64,000 nucleotides of DNA, taken from Clostridium sp. CAG:628. Lineage in GTDB: Bacteria; Bacillota_I; Bacilli_A; RF39; UBA660. A program made the position numbers and the translations under genes. Each line of letters begins with the position of its first letter. Positions within the stretch are counted from its first letter, which is position 1. The notes beneath the pieces are model-generated. The model searched no databases. It had not been told where the DNA came from and worked only from the letters and a program-made list of their open reading frames with translations. The DNA lies in contig FR902241.1 in assembly GCA_000438415.1 (NCBI GenBank), positions 2,330 through 66,329 of the forward strand. Direction: 5' to 3'. This document shows positions 18,232 through 28,606 of the stretch, one piece after another.

Positions 18232-18260
18232 AGTATACTATATTTTTACAAAAATGTCAA
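18232..18260 (-). promoter_or_regulatory. consensus sigma-A promoter TTGACA-17-TATACT driving repeats plus toxin
   Basis: Minus-strand TTGACA (plus 18255-18260) and TATACT (plus 18232-18237) with a 17-nt spacer. Confidence 0.6.
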
Positions 18261-18321
18261 ATAGCATACATTCATAGTATATTCAAAAGTTACATTTTTA
18301 TTACTTTAAAAATAGAATAAT

Positions 18322-20940
18322 TTATTCATTTCGAAGAGCAGCTTGCGCAGCACTAAGCCTTGCTATTGGAACACGGTAAGGGCTACAAGAAACATAGTCT
18401 AAGCCAACATTATGACAAAACTCTACACTTGCTGGATCTCCTCCATGCTCTCCACATATTCCTAAATGTATGTTAGGATTTGCCTCCCTTCCTAAAGTAC
18501 TAGCCATCTTAACAAGTTTTCCAACACCTTTTTGGTCTAGTTTAGCAAACGGATCATTCTCATAAATCTTTTTATCATAATAGTCAGTTAAGAATTTACC
18601 TGCATCATCTCTTGAAAAACCAAATGTCATTTGAGTTAAATCATTAGTACCAAAACTGAAGAAATCTGCTTCTTTTGCTATCTCATCTGCAGTTAAGGCA
18701 GCACGTGGAATTTCTATCATTGTACCAACATGATAAATCATATCTATATTAGCATTTTTAATAATCTCGTCTGCTGTTTTAGTTACTATATTTTTAACAT
18801 ATTTTAATTCTTTAACTTCTCCAACTAAAGGTATCATTATTTCAGGAGTTATCATTTTACCAGTTCTCTTACTAACTTCAATTGCAGCTTTTATAACAGC
18901 TTTAGTTTGCATTTCAGCTATTTCAGGGAACGTAACAGCAAGACGGCAACCACGGTGTCCCATCATTGGGTTAAATTCATGAAGAGAAGCAATAATATTT
19001 TTAACTTGTTCTACACTTTTTCCTTGAGTATCAGCAAGAAGTTTAATGTCTTCTTCTGTAGTAGGCACAAATTCATGTAGTGGTGGGTCTAAGTATCTAA
19101 TTGTAACACTATATCCTTCCATTGCTTCATAAAGTGCTTCAAAGTCTTTTTGTTGCATTGGTTCAATTTTAGCCAAAGCAGATTTTCTTTCTTCTACAGT
19201 ATCAGAAACTATCATTTCTCTAATTGCAGCGATTCTATCTTTTTCAAAGAACATATGCTCTGTACGGCAAAGTCCTATTCCTTCTGCACCAAGTTCTCTT
19301 GCTTTTAATGCATCTTTTGGTGTATCAGCATTAGTTCTTACCCCAAGACGTCTATACTTATCAGCCCAAGCCATAATACGACCAAACTCTCCAGTAATAG
19401 TTGCATCTACCTTATTAATAAGTCCTTTATAAATTTTACCAGTAGAACCATCTATTGAAATTTCATCTCCTTCATGGAAAGTATAACCACCTAATGTGAA
19501 GACTTTGTTTTCTTCATCCATCACAATACTAGAGCATCCACTTACACAGCATGAGCCCATTCCACGAGCCACTACAGCAGCGTGAGAAGTCATTCCACCT
19601 CTTACAGTTAGAATTCCTTCACTCGATTTCATTCCTTCAATATCTTCAGGAGATGTTTCTAGTCTTACAAGCACTACTTTTTCTCCACTTTCATGCATTT
19701 TTTTAGCATCGTTTGCAGTAAATACAACTTTTCCACTAGCAGCCCCTGGTGATGCAGCCAAACCTTTTCCTATTTCTATAGAATTCTTTAACTCAACTGG
19801 ATCAAATGTTGGGTGAAGTAAAGTATCTAAGTTTCTTGGGTCTATCATTAAAACAGCTTCCTTATCAGTAATTTTTCCTTCATCTACTAAATCACATGCA
19901 ATTTTTAATGCAGCCCTAGCAGTTCTTTTACCATTTCTAGTTTGTAGCATATATAAATGTTTATCTTCTATAGTAAACTCCATATCTTGCATATCATGAT
20001 AATGGTTTTCTAGTTTTTCACAAATACCAACAAATTCTTCATATACTTCTGGCATTACATCTTTTAAGTGACTAATAGGTTCAGGTGTACGAACTCCCGC
20101 TACTACGTCTTCTCCTTGAGCATTCATTAAGAATTCTCCCATTAAATGTTTTTCACCAGTTGCTGGATCTCTCGTAAATGCAACACCTGTACCAGAAGTT
20201 TCTCCCATATTACCGAATGCCATCATTTGAACATTTACAGCAGTTCCCCAAGAATATGGTATGTCATTATCTCTTCTATACACATTTGCTCTTGGATTAT
20301 CCCAACTACGGAATACTGCTTTTACTGCACCCATTAATTGCTCTACTGGGTCTGTTGGGAAATCACTTCCTACTTTGCTTTTATATTCAGCTTTAAACAT
20401 ATTAGCAAGTTCTTTTAAATCTTCACTAGTTAACTCAGTATCTAGTTTAACACCTTTACTCTCCTTCATTTTATCTATTAATACTTCAAAGTATTTCTTT
20501 CCAACTTCCATTACAACATCAGAATACATTTGAATAAATCTTCTATATGAGTCCCATGCCCATCTAGCATTTCCACTTTTTTCTGCTAGAGTTTCTACAA
20601 CGCTTTCATTTAGTCCTAAATTTAGTATTGTGTCCATCATACCAGGCATACTTGCTCTTGCACCACTTCTAACACTAACTAAAAGTGGATTTGTTGTACT
20701 ACCAAAACTCTTTCCAGTAATACTTTCCAATTTTTTAATGTTTTCTAGTATTTCATTTTCTATTTCTTTACTTATAACTTCTCCATCTTCATAATATTTT
20801 GTACAAGCTTCAGTTGTTATAGTAAAACCTTGTGGAACAGGTAAACCTAGTTTAGTCATTTCTGCTAAGTTCGCACCTTTTCCTCCAAGTAAATTTTTCA
20901 TATCTTTATTTCCTTCACTAAACAAATAAACATATTTCAT
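18322..20940 (-). CDS. ppdK: pyruvate, phosphate dikinase
   Basis: 872 aa. N-terminus KYVYLFSEGNKDMKNLLGGKGANLAEM, phosphohistidine domain (TSHAAVVARGMG) and PEP-utilising C-terminal domain. Confidence 0.95.
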   Translation of the reverse strand: MKYVYLFSEGNKDMKNLLGGKGANLAEMTKLGLPVPQGFTITTEACTKYYEDGEVISKEIENEILENIKKLESITGKSFGSTTNPLLVSVRSGARASMPGMMDTILNLGLNESVVETLAEKSGNARWAWDSYRRFIQMYSDVVMEVGKKYFEVLIDKMKESKGVKLDTELTSEDLKELANMFKAEYKSKVGSDFPTDPVEQLMGAVKAVFRSWDNPRANVYRRDNDIPYSWGTAVNVQMMAFGNMGETSGTGVAFTRDPATGEKHLMGEFLMNAQGEDVVAGVRTPEPISHLKDVMPEVYEEFVGICEKLENHYHDMQDMEFTIEDKHLYMLQTRNGKRTARAALKIACDLVDEGKITDKEAVLMIDPRNLDTLLHPTFDPVELKNSIEIGKGLAASPGAASGKVVFTANDAKKMHESGEKVVLVRLETSPEDIEGMKSSEGILTVRGGMTSHAAVVARGMGSCCVSGCSSIVMDEENKVFTLGGYTFHEGDEISIDGSTGKIYKGLINKVDATITGEFGRIMAWADKYRRLGVRTNADTPKDALKARELGAEGIGLCRTEHMFFEKDRIAAIREMIVSDTVEERKSALAKIEPMQQKDFEALYEAMEGYSVTIRYLDPPLHEFVPTTEEDIKLLADTQGKSVEQVKNIIASLHEFNPMMGHRGCRLAVTFPEIAEMQTKAVIKAAIEVSKRTGKMITPEIMIPLVGEVKELKYVKNIVTKTADEIIKNANIDMIYHVGTMIEIPRAALTADEIAKEADFFSFGTNDLTQMTFGFSRDDAGKFLTDYYDKKIYENDPFAKLDQKGVGKLVKMASTLGREANPNIHLGICGEHGGDPASVEFCHNVGLDYVSCSPYRVPIARLSAAQAALRNE

Positions 20941-20943
20941 AAG

Positions 20944-21531
20944 TTAATCCCATCCTTTCATTTTTCTAACTTTCTTTAAGTAACATTCTCCACACAAGCT
21001 CTCATATTCTACATCCCCATCAATTGCAACTTGTCCACCTTCTAAAGTAAATTCTCCATTTACTATTCTTGCATTAAATCTAGCCCTTTTACCACATCTA
21101 CATATAGTATAAAGTTCCTCTATCTCATCAGCAAGTTCAAAAAGTCTTTTACTTCCTGGAAACAAATTAGTTCTAAAGTCACATCTTAAACCAAAACATA
21201 TTACTGGAATATTTTTAATTTTTGCAAATACAAAAAGTTCATCAACTTGGCTTTCAGTTAAAAACTGTGCTTCATCAACTAATACACAACTAACAAAGTT
21301 ATCAGAAACAAAATTTAAGTACCCTTTTAATGACTCATCAGGACTAACTAAATAATCAACTTTTCTTTCTACTCCAATTCTACTAGACACTCTATCTTCA
21401 GCCTTAGTATCTATACTCGGTTTAATTAAAACCACTTTCATTCCTCTTTCTTCATAATTATGTGCAACTTGTAGTAAACTAGTTGTTTTCCCACAGTTCA
21501 TCGCACCATATCTAAAATACAATTTACTCAT
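20944..21531 (-). CDS. tdk: thymidine kinase
   Basis: 195 aa. P-loop GAMNCGKTTSLL and C-terminal zinc ribbon CxxC...CxxC. Confidence 0.9.
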   Translation of the reverse strand: MSKLYFRYGAMNCGKTTSLLQVAHNYEERGMKVVLIKPSIDTKAEDRVSSRIGVERKVDYLVSPDESLKGYLNFVSDNFVSCVLVDEAQFLTESQVDELFVFAKIKNIPVICFGLRCDFRTNLFPGSKRLFELADEIEELYTICRCGKRARFNARIVNGEFTLEGGQVAIDGDVEYESLCGECYLKKVRKMKGWD

Positions 21532-22406
21532 TTAAACCTCCCTCTAGGGTGACTCTTAAAATATACATCTTTTAATCTTTCACTAGTGACATGAGTATAT
21601 ACTTCAGTTGTATTAATATTCTTATGTCCAAGAAGTTCTTGTACACTTCTTAAATCACACCCATTATCAAGTAAATGTGTTGCAAAGGTATGTCTTAAAG
21701 TATGTGGACTTACCTTAGTTTTAACTTCGGTCTCACTAACAATTTTATCAATTATTTTTGCAATACCCCTAGTAGTAATATTATTACCATTTTTATTAAG
21801 AAACAAGTACTCACTTTCCTTACCATTTAAAAGTTTTTTTCTTAAACCATGCATATATTTAAAAATAGCATCTCTTGCATATTCTCCAAAATAAACAGTT
21901 CTCATATAAGAACCTTTTCCAAGTATTCTAATACTATTAGTTTCAAAATCAATATCATCAAGTTTAATATTAACCAGTTCACTAACTCTTACTCCAGTTG
22001 CATACATAAGTTCAATAATTAAGTCATCTCTTTCATAAAAAGTACCTTTTTTAGTAGCATTTATCATACTCTCTAACTCATTATAAGGAACAAAATTAGG
22101 TAGTTTCTTATCTGCTTTAGGATATTTAATACTTAACGCCGGACTAAACTTTATAACATCATTTTCTTTTAAATACTTGTAAAAACTTTTAAGAGTACTT
22201 ATCTTTCTACTAACGGTTCTATTACTATTATCTTTGTCAAATAGGTATTTTAAGTATGATTTAATATCTTCCTTCTTAACTCTAGTTAAGTCTTTCTTTA
22301 TATAAATACTAAACTCAGTTAAATCATTGTAATAGTTTTTAATTGTTAACTCACTATAATTTTTATACACTTTTAAATAATTTAAAAAACTTTTTACATT
22401 ATCCAT
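21528..22406 (-). CDS. xerD: tyrosine site-specific recombinase, XerD/XerC family
   Basis: 292 aa. Catalytic box RHTFATHLLDNGCDLRSVQELLGHKNINTTEVYTHV, and the right size for XerD. There are no phage genes around it, so it is probably chromosomal dimer resolution. Confidence 0.7.
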   Translation of the reverse strand: MDNVKSFLNYLKVYKNYSELTIKNYYNDLTEFSIYIKKDLTRVKKEDIKSYLKYLFDKDNSNRTVSRKISTLKSFYKYLKENDVIKFSPALSIKYPKADKKLPNFVPYNELESMINATKKGTFYERDDLIIELMYATGVRVSELVNIKLDDIDFETNSIRILGKGSYMRTVYFGEYARDAIFKYMHGLRKKLLNGKESEYLFLNKNGNNITTRGIAKIIDKIVSETEVKTKVSPHTLRHTFATHLLDNGCDLRSVQELLGHKNINTTEVYTHVTSERLKDVYFKSHPRGRFK

Positions 22407-22767
22407 TTATACTAGAAACAACTTCTCCATCAATAAATTTTAAACAAATACTTACATTATTCATAGATTTATTATTTTTAGGATTAATCATTTGATAACC
22501 AGTTTCATCATCAGCACTCAAATACTTTAACCTAATAAGAGTACCAATTGTAACATTAGTACATTCACTATTTGATAGTGTATCGATATTATCAATTCCA
22601 TACTTATAAGACGCCCCTAGTGCCTTCTCAATTTTAGCATTATACATCTTAACTTTAGTTTTAGAATCCATATCAGTTATTCTAGGAATTACTAGTACTG
22701 CCACTATTCCAATAAGCGCTATTACAGCCAAGATCTCAATTATAGTAAAACCTTTTTTATTAATCAT
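22399..22767 (-). CDS. type IV pilin / pseudopilin
   Basis: The leader MINKKGFTIIEILAVIALIGIVAVLVI begins at ATG 22767 (GGTGGGAGA RBS). The ORF-track MCKVGGR extension is probably spurious. Confidence 0.75.
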   Translation of the reverse strand: MINKKGFTIIEILAVIALIGIVAVLVIPRITDMDSKTKVKMYNAKIEKALGASYKYGIDNIDTLSNSECTNVTIGTLIRLKYLSADDETGYQMINPKNNKSMNNVSICLKFIDGEVVSSING

Positions 22768-22893
22768 TCTCCCACCTACTTTACACATTTAATTTTACTA
22801 ATACTTTTACAATATGTCAATAAATATTATAATTTGTTCTTTATTTTTAAATATATTTATTGTATAATATTTATAGAATAGAGAGGGAAACAT

Positions 22894-24246
22894 ATGAAGG
22901 AATTTAATTTTGAAAAATTACCTATAGTTGAAATTGCAAATGAAATTATAATGGACGCTGTAAATAAGGGTGCTAGTGATATTCACTTTGATCCTTCTCA
23001 AGATAGTTTAAAGATAAGATTTAGAATAGATGGTATACTAAGTGACTATAGTATTATACCTTCTAAATATAAAAGAAATATGATAAGTCGTATCAAAATG
23101 ATAGCTGGAATGAATATCATGGAAACTCGTCTTCCTCAAGATGGTGCTATTAAAAGTAAAATTGGAGAAAGATTTCTTGATCTTCGTGTAAGTAGCCTTC
23201 CAACTAATAATGCAGAAAAAATAGTTATAAGAATACTTGACTATTCAATGAGTTTAGCTGGACTTGATAACTTAGGTTTCAGTGAAGATGCAATGGAAAA
23301 AATCAATAGATTAATTAAGATACCTAATGGAATCATACTAGTAACAGGTGCTACTGGTACAGGTAAAAGTACTACACTTTATTCAATTCTACAAAAACTT
23401 AATACAGAAGAAGTTAACATTATTACAGTTGAAGATCCAGTAGAAATGGATATTGAAGGAATTAACCAAGTACAAACTCAAAGTGAAATTGGTCTAACTT
23501 TTGCAACTATTTTAAGAAGCATATTAAGACAAGACCCTAATATCATAATGATCGGAGAAATTCGTGATGATGAAACAGCAAGAATCGCAGTTCGTGCTTC
23601 AATTACAGGACATTTAGTACTTAGTTCACTACACACTAATAATAGTTTAAACACAATCGAAAGACTTACAGATATGGATGTAGAAAGATACTTACTTGGA
23701 AGTTCGCTTGAAGGAATAATAAGTCAAAGACTTGCTAGAAAAGTATGTCCCGAATGTTCTATCAAACGTCCTACTACTGATTATGAACGTCAAGTATTTA
23801 AAACAGTTTTAGGAAAAGATGTGTTAGAAATGGTTGTTGCTAATAAAGAAGGTTGCCCTAAATGTACACATGGATATAAAGGAAGACTTGCTATTCTAGA
23901 AGTATTAGTTATGAATGAAAAAATAAAAGATGCTATTACAAATGGTGCTAACAAAAATACATTAAGAGAATTAGTTTATACAGGTGATGTTGTTACACTT
24001 TTACAAGATGGTCTAAATAAAGTTGTACTTGGAGAAACTACTTTTGAAGAAATATTAAAAATAGTAGATTTAGAAAATGATATGACTCAGTATAACGATG
24101 ATAACCTAAAAACTAACCTAATCATGGCTCAGCAAGCACATAAAGTTGACAATAAAACTAATGATAAACCTATTACAAGTAATATATCTAGTGAATTTAA
24201 AATAGAAAAAACAAATAATGAAAATATAGAAACTGTGGAATTCTAA
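22894..24246 (+). CDS. pilB: type IV pilus assembly ATPase PilB / GspE family
   Basis: Walker A VTGATGTGKSTT, Asp/His boxes, and the tetracysteine motif CPECS...CPKCTHGY characteristic of GspE/PilB. Divergent from the pilin gene. Confidence 0.85.
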   Translation: MKEFNFEKLPIVEIANEIIMDAVNKGASDIHFDPSQDSLKIRFRIDGILSDYSIIPSKYKRNMISRIKMIAGMNIMETRLPQDGAIKSKIGERFLDLRVSSLPTNNAEKIVIRILDYSMSLAGLDNLGFSEDAMEKINRLIKIPNGIILVTGATGTGKSTTLYSILQKLNTEEVNIITVEDPVEMDIEGINQVQTQSEIGLTFATILRSILRQDPNIIMIGEIRDDETARIAVRASITGHLVLSSLHTNNSLNTIERLTDMDVERYLLGSSLEGIISQRLARKVCPECSIKRPTTDYERQVFKTVLGKDVLEMVVANKEGCPKCTHGYKGRLAILEVLVMNEKIKDAITNGANKNTLRELVYTGDVVTLLQDGLNKVVLGETTFEEILKIVDLENDMTQYNDDNLKTNLIMAQQAHKVDNKTNDKPITSNISSEFKIEKTNNENIETVEF

Positions 24247-24261
24247 TCCACTTTTTTTATA

Positions 24262-24293
24262 CATAAAAAAAGAGTACTTAAGTACTCTATTTA
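24262..24293. terminator. bidirectional terminator shared by pilB and tig
   Basis: Palindrome AGAGTACTTAAGTACTCT flanked by A and T runs. Confidence 0.5.
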
Positions 24294-25531
24294 GTTATAA
24301 TTTCAATAGCCTTTCTAACTTCAAGATCATACTTTAAGAATTCTTTACCACCAATTTGACTTAAGAATTCACTTTCATCTACTCCATATTTTTTAGCCAT
24401 TTCTTTAGAATAATCATCTACTTCTTTATCATTAACCTTAATATCTTCAGCCTTAACAACTTGTTCAATAACTAATCTATATTTAACTCTCTTTTCTGCT
24501 TCTGGTTTAAAATTAGCCTTAAAAGTATCAATATCAGTATTAAGCATCTTCAAATAAGTATCAATATTCATTCCTTGATAACTTAATCTTTGACTAAATT
24601 CATTAGTAATTCTATCAACTTCTTCATTAATCATTTCTTCTGGAACATCCATCTTAGCTTCTTCACTAACTTTATTTAAACATTCATCAAAATATTTATC
24701 TTCAATTTCAGCAGTCTTATGTCCCTTAATATGTTCCATAACATTATTTTTAAGAGATTCATAGTCAGTTACACCTTCCATATTTAAATCCTTAAAAAAT
24801 TCTTCATTATATTCAGGTAATATTCTCTCTTTAATAGAATTAACTTTAACTTTAAATACAACTTTAGCACCCTTTAACTCTTCACTATGATAGTTTTCTG
24901 GAAATGTTAAATCAATATCTTTTTCCTCATTAACTTGCATTCCAATAAGAGCATCCTCAAATCCAGGAATAAAAGTATTACTTCCAATAACTAATGAATA
25001 GTTTTCACCTTTTCCACCATCAAAAGCCTTTCCATTTTTAAATCCTTCAAAGTTAATATTAACTTCATCACCCTTTTCTACTTTACCACTCTTATCTTTC
25101 ATTTCAACATAATGTTCTCTTAAATGTTCAATTTCATGATCAATTTCTTCATCACTTACTGAAGCTTCTTCTTTTTTAATACCTAAATTCTTATATTTAC
25201 CCAACTTAACTTCAGGTTTCATAGTAACATGAAAAACTATTTCTAATCCATCATTACTAATACTTTTTACATCAACTTCAGGACGACATGCCATATTGAA
25301 AGTTAAGTCAGTATTTTCTTCTAACATTTTATCATATAACTCAGGTAATGCATGATCAACTGCATCCATATATAAACTTTCTAATCCAAAATTCTTAACA
25401 TAAATATCATATGGAACTTGACCCTTTCTAAAACCATCAACTTTAACTTCATTCTTCTTGTGTTCATACACATGAGTTAAAAGTTTACCCCACTCATCTT
25501 TTTCCATTTTTACAATATAATCTTTTTTCAT
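24287..25531 (-). CDS. tig: trigger factor
   Basis: Ribosome-binding N-domain (GFRKGQVP), FKBP-type PPIase middle domain and C-terminal arm. Start at MKKDYIV. Confidence 0.9.
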   Translation of the reverse strand: MKKDYIVKMEKDEWGKLLTHVYEHKKNEVKVDGFRKGQVPYDIYVKNFGLESLYMDAVDHALPELYDKMLEENTDLTFNMACRPEVDVKSISNDGLEIVFHVTMKPEVKLGKYKNLGIKKEEASVSDEEIDHEIEHLREHYVEMKDKSGKVEKGDEVNINFEGFKNGKAFDGGKGENYSLVIGSNTFIPGFEDALIGMQVNEEKDIDLTFPENYHSEELKGAKVVFKVKVNSIKERILPEYNEEFFKDLNMEGVTDYESLKNNVMEHIKGHKTAEIEDKYFDECLNKVSEEAKMDVPEEMINEEVDRITNEFSQRLSYQGMNIDTYLKMLNTDIDTFKANFKPEAEKRVKYRLVIEQVVKAEDIKVNDKEVDDYSKEMAKKYGVDESEFLSQIGGKEFLKYDLEVRKAIEIITK

Positions 25532-25544
25532 AAATATTCCCTCC

Positions 25545-26018
25545 TTATTGAACACTTACTATCTTAACATTATAAACACCCTGCGGACTATTAACTTCAA
25601 CAGTTTGTCCCACTTTTTTATTTAAAATTGCAGCAGCAATTGGGCTTTCATTACTTATCTTATTATTAAATGGATCTGCTTCTTGACTACCAACTATTCT
25701 ATATTCTTCTACTTCATCATCACCTTCATATTGAAGAGTAACAGTACATCCAATATTAACAACATCTTTATCATTACCACCATCATCTATAATAGTAGCA
25801 TGCTCTAAAATATATTCAACTTCTTTAATTCTTGCTTCTAACTTTCCTTGTTCTTCACGAGCACTATCATATTCTGCATTCTCACTCAAATCCCCTAAAG
25901 CACGAGCTTCCTTTAAAGAAGATAAAACTTCTTTTCTCTTATCAGTTTTTAAATAGTTTAGTTCAGTTTCTAATTCTAGATAACCTTCACTAGTTAAAAA
26001 AAATTCTTTTTGTCTCAT
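25545..26018 (-). CDS. greA: transcription elongation factor GreA
   Basis: Begins MRQKEFFLTSEGYLELETELNYLK...RALGDLSENAEYDSAREEQ. About 157 aa from ATG 26018. Confidence 0.9.
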   Translation of the reverse strand: MRQKEFFLTSEGYLELETELNYLKTDKRKEVLSSLKEARALGDLSENAEYDSAREEQGKLEARIKEVEYILEHATIIDDGGNDKDVVNIGCTVTLQYEGDDEVEEYRIVGSQEADPFNNKISNESPIAAAILNKKVGQTVEVNSPQGVYNVKIVSVQ

Positions 26019-26074
26019 TTTTTCATTTCTCCTTAACAGTTTATAATAATACCAAAAAATACTCATTTTGTCAA

Positions 26075-27238
26075 CTAAATTGGTACTCTTAATATATCAT
26101 TTTCCTTTACTTCAAATGGTATTTTTACAAATAATTTTTCTTCCGGATGATTAGCAACCATCACACTCTCATTTTTTTCATTTATAATACTTTCAATAGT
26201 AAACCTTTGAATAGGTGTACTAGGCCCAAAAACTTCTACCTCATCACCTACTTTAAAATAGTTTCTTTGTAAAATAGTAGCTACTCCATTATCATAACTA
26301 GACACTACTCCCAAAAAATCTTGATTAGAAACTTCTTTTCTACCTAAATAATACTGATCATTAAAGTCAGTTTCTTTATTAAAAAATTGTGGTTTATTTT
26401 CTCTATTAGATACCCTATTTAATACTTTCTTATAATAATTTAACACTTCATCAGTTAAAGTATTATTAAAATAACTTTCTACTATACTTTTATATGCATT
26501 TACAACAGTTGCTATATAATAACTACTTCTCATTCTTCCTTCTATTTTTAAGGAAGAAACACCTATTTTAATTAACTCTGGTATATAATCTATCATTGAT
26601 AAATCCTTACTAGCTATTTGAAAGTCGTCAAACTCACCCATATTAAATACAAATCTACATACCTGACTACATCCCCCACGATTAGAGTCTCTTTTAGTTA
26701 CATAGTTAGATAAAACACATCTACCACTATAACTAGTACACATTGCTCCATGAATAAAAACTTCAAGTTCACTATTACAGTTTTCATGAATATTAATAAT
26801 ATCTTCTTTAGAACATTCTCTACCTAAAACCACTCTAGTAGCACCAAGTTTTTCCCAAAACTTTACTGTTAAATAGTTTACACTAGATTCTTGTGTACTA
26901 ATATGTATTTCAGGCTTCAATTTAAGTTCATTTATCCTTTTTATAACAGCCATATCACTTACAATATATGCATCTATTCCAATATCACTAAGTTCTTTTA
27001 AATACCCACTTAATCCTTCCAAATCTTTATTATGAAATAAAATATTAACTGTTACATAAACTTTCTTATTTAATTCATGCGCTATCTTAACTGCATCTTT
27101 AATTTCTTTCATACTAAAATTATTAGCATTAGCCCTTAAACTATAGTTATATCCTCCAATATAAACTGCATCAGCCCCATACATTAATGCCCATTTAAGT
27201 CTAGTTAAATCTCCAGCTGGACACAATACTTCTATCAC
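26075..27238 (-). CDS. peptidase U32 family protein (YrrO-like)
   Basis: Begins MIEVLCPAGDLTRLKWALMYGADAVYIGG.., with the Cys-rich U32 core. Confidence 0.8.
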   Translation of the reverse strand: MIEVLCPAGDLTRLKWALMYGADAVYIGGYNYSLRANANNFSMKEIKDAVKIAHELNKKVYVTVNILFHNKDLEGLSGYLKELSDIGIDAYIVSDMAVIKRINELKLKPEIHISTQESSVNYLTVKFWEKLGATRVVLGRECSKEDIINIHENCNSELEVFIHGAMCTSYSGRCVLSNYVTKRDSNRGGCSQVCRFVFNMGEFDDFQIASKDLSMIDYIPELIKIGVSSLKIEGRMRSSYYIATVVNAYKSIVESYFNNTLTDEVLNYYKKVLNRVSNRENKPQFFNKETDFNDQYYLGRKEVSNQDFLGVVSSYDNGVATILQRNYFKVGDEVEVFGPSTPIQRFTIESIINEKNESVMVANHPEEKLFVKIPFEVKENDILRVPI

Positions 27239-28026
27239 TTAATATCACCCACCTTATAAGGTATAACATTATCTAAAAAATAATCATCTATTTCTATATA
27301 ATCACTCAAATTAACTTTATCCATATATTTTAAAATAGTCTTAGTTTCAAATTCATCCATATTACTTAAATTAACTATCTTATTCACACTACTTAATTCA
27401 CTTATATACTTATTTCCTGCAAAAATACGTTTATTAAATATACAAGTACCACACTTTTCTTCTTTAATAATAAGTTTATGATTACTAACTTTTTCAGTAA
27501 TAACTTCTTTTTTTGAAATATCATTATTTTTATAATTACTAAATGCAGTTAATAATCTTCTCTTACTATACATTAAATTATTTTTACTTATAAAATACAT
27601 AAACAAATTACTAGAAGTTTTACTAATTATTTCCTTTAACTCATTTATAGTTAAATCATTATTAACAAGAATATTACTATATCCTAATGATTTAAAATAA
27701 TTAATACTATCATAATTATTAATAATATGATTTTGACTAACAACCACTTTATTATTATCTAATAAACTAACTAGTCCTAAGTCTTCTACAAATATATACT
27801 TTATATTATCTATTTCTAACTCATTAATTATATTAATAATATTCTTAATATCTTCTTTATGTAAAAATTTATTAATAATAACACTTATATTTAATTTTTT
27901 ACTAAGACTATTTATTTCACTCACTGTATAATAAACATCAAATCCAATACTATAATCCTTTAATGGAAGTATTAAATTATTAAAAACAACATCTTTATTA
28001 TTAGGTATTACATAAAAATCATTCAT
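27235..28026 (-). CDS. U32-family-associated protein (YrrN-like), lacking the catalytic core
   Basis: Lies in conserved synteny with mltG, the O-methyltransferase and the U32 peptidase, as in the Bacillus yrrL-yrrM-yrrN-yrrO block. Confidence 0.45.
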   Translation of the reverse strand: MNDFYVIPNNKDVVFNNLILPLKDYSIGFDVYYTVSEINSLSKKLNISVIINKFLHKEDIKNIINIINELEIDNIKYIFVEDLGLVSLLDNNKVVVSQNHIINNYDSINYFKSLGYSNILVNNDLTINELKEIISKTSSNLFMYFISKNNLMYSKRRLLTAFSNYKNNDISKKEVITEKVSNHKLIIKEEKCGTCIFNKRIFAGNKYISELSSVNKIVNLSNMDEFETKTILKYMDKVNLSDYIEIDDYFLDNVIPYKVGDIK

Positions 28027-28606
28027 TATTATTCCTTTCTAATAGATATAACCCATCACCTACATCTATTTTAGTTACTTTAAATTCACTTTGATTATCT
28101 AAATACTGAATAAACTTTTCTATTTTTCTAACTAAACTTCTTAAATTTCTAGATTTAATACTTGAAGAATTACCAACTAACCCATGAAATCCCATATTAT
28201 CTATAAATATTACTCCCTTTTCTCTTAAGTTATTCTTATATTTATTAATAAAGTCTAAGTTTTTCCCCTTAGCAGCATCAATAAATATCATATCGTACTC
28301 ACCAGTAATATTTGCTTCTAATGCATCTATATTAATTAAGGTAATATTATCTAAATTAGAAAGACTAACATTTTTTAAAGCAACATTATATCTTTCTTCA
28401 TCTCTTTCAATACTAGTAATACTTCTAGAACAACTTCTAAGTATAATTGTAGAATACCCAATTGCTGTTCCTATTTCTAATATATCATTAATTTTATTAG
28501 TATTAACATATTGTTTTAAATAATTTATTCCTTCTTTTTGCATAATAGGAACGTTTTTCTCTTTAGCAAAATGTTCCATATCTTCTATTAAACTAGTCAA
28601 TCTCAT
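28019..28606 (-). CDS. class I SAM-dependent O-methyltransferase (YrrM-like)
   Basis: SAM-binding motif ILEIGTAIGYSTI.. Confidence 0.75.
   Translation of the reverse strand: MRLTSLIEDMEHFAKEKNVPIMQKEGINYLKQYVNTNKINDILEIGTAIGYSTIILRSCSRSITSIERDEERYNVALKNVSLSNLDNITLINIDALEANITGEYDMIFIDAAKGKNLDFINKYKNNLREKGVIFIDNMGFHGLVGNSSSIKSRNLRSLVRKIEKFIQYLDNQSEFKVTKIDVGDGLYLLERNNNE

Noticed and set aside
21528-22406. XerD-like recombinase as a marker of a prophage or integrative element
   Set aside because: No phage, conjugation or excisionase genes or att-like repeats are nearby. The flanks are tdk and a pilin, and the size and motifs fit chromosomal XerD.
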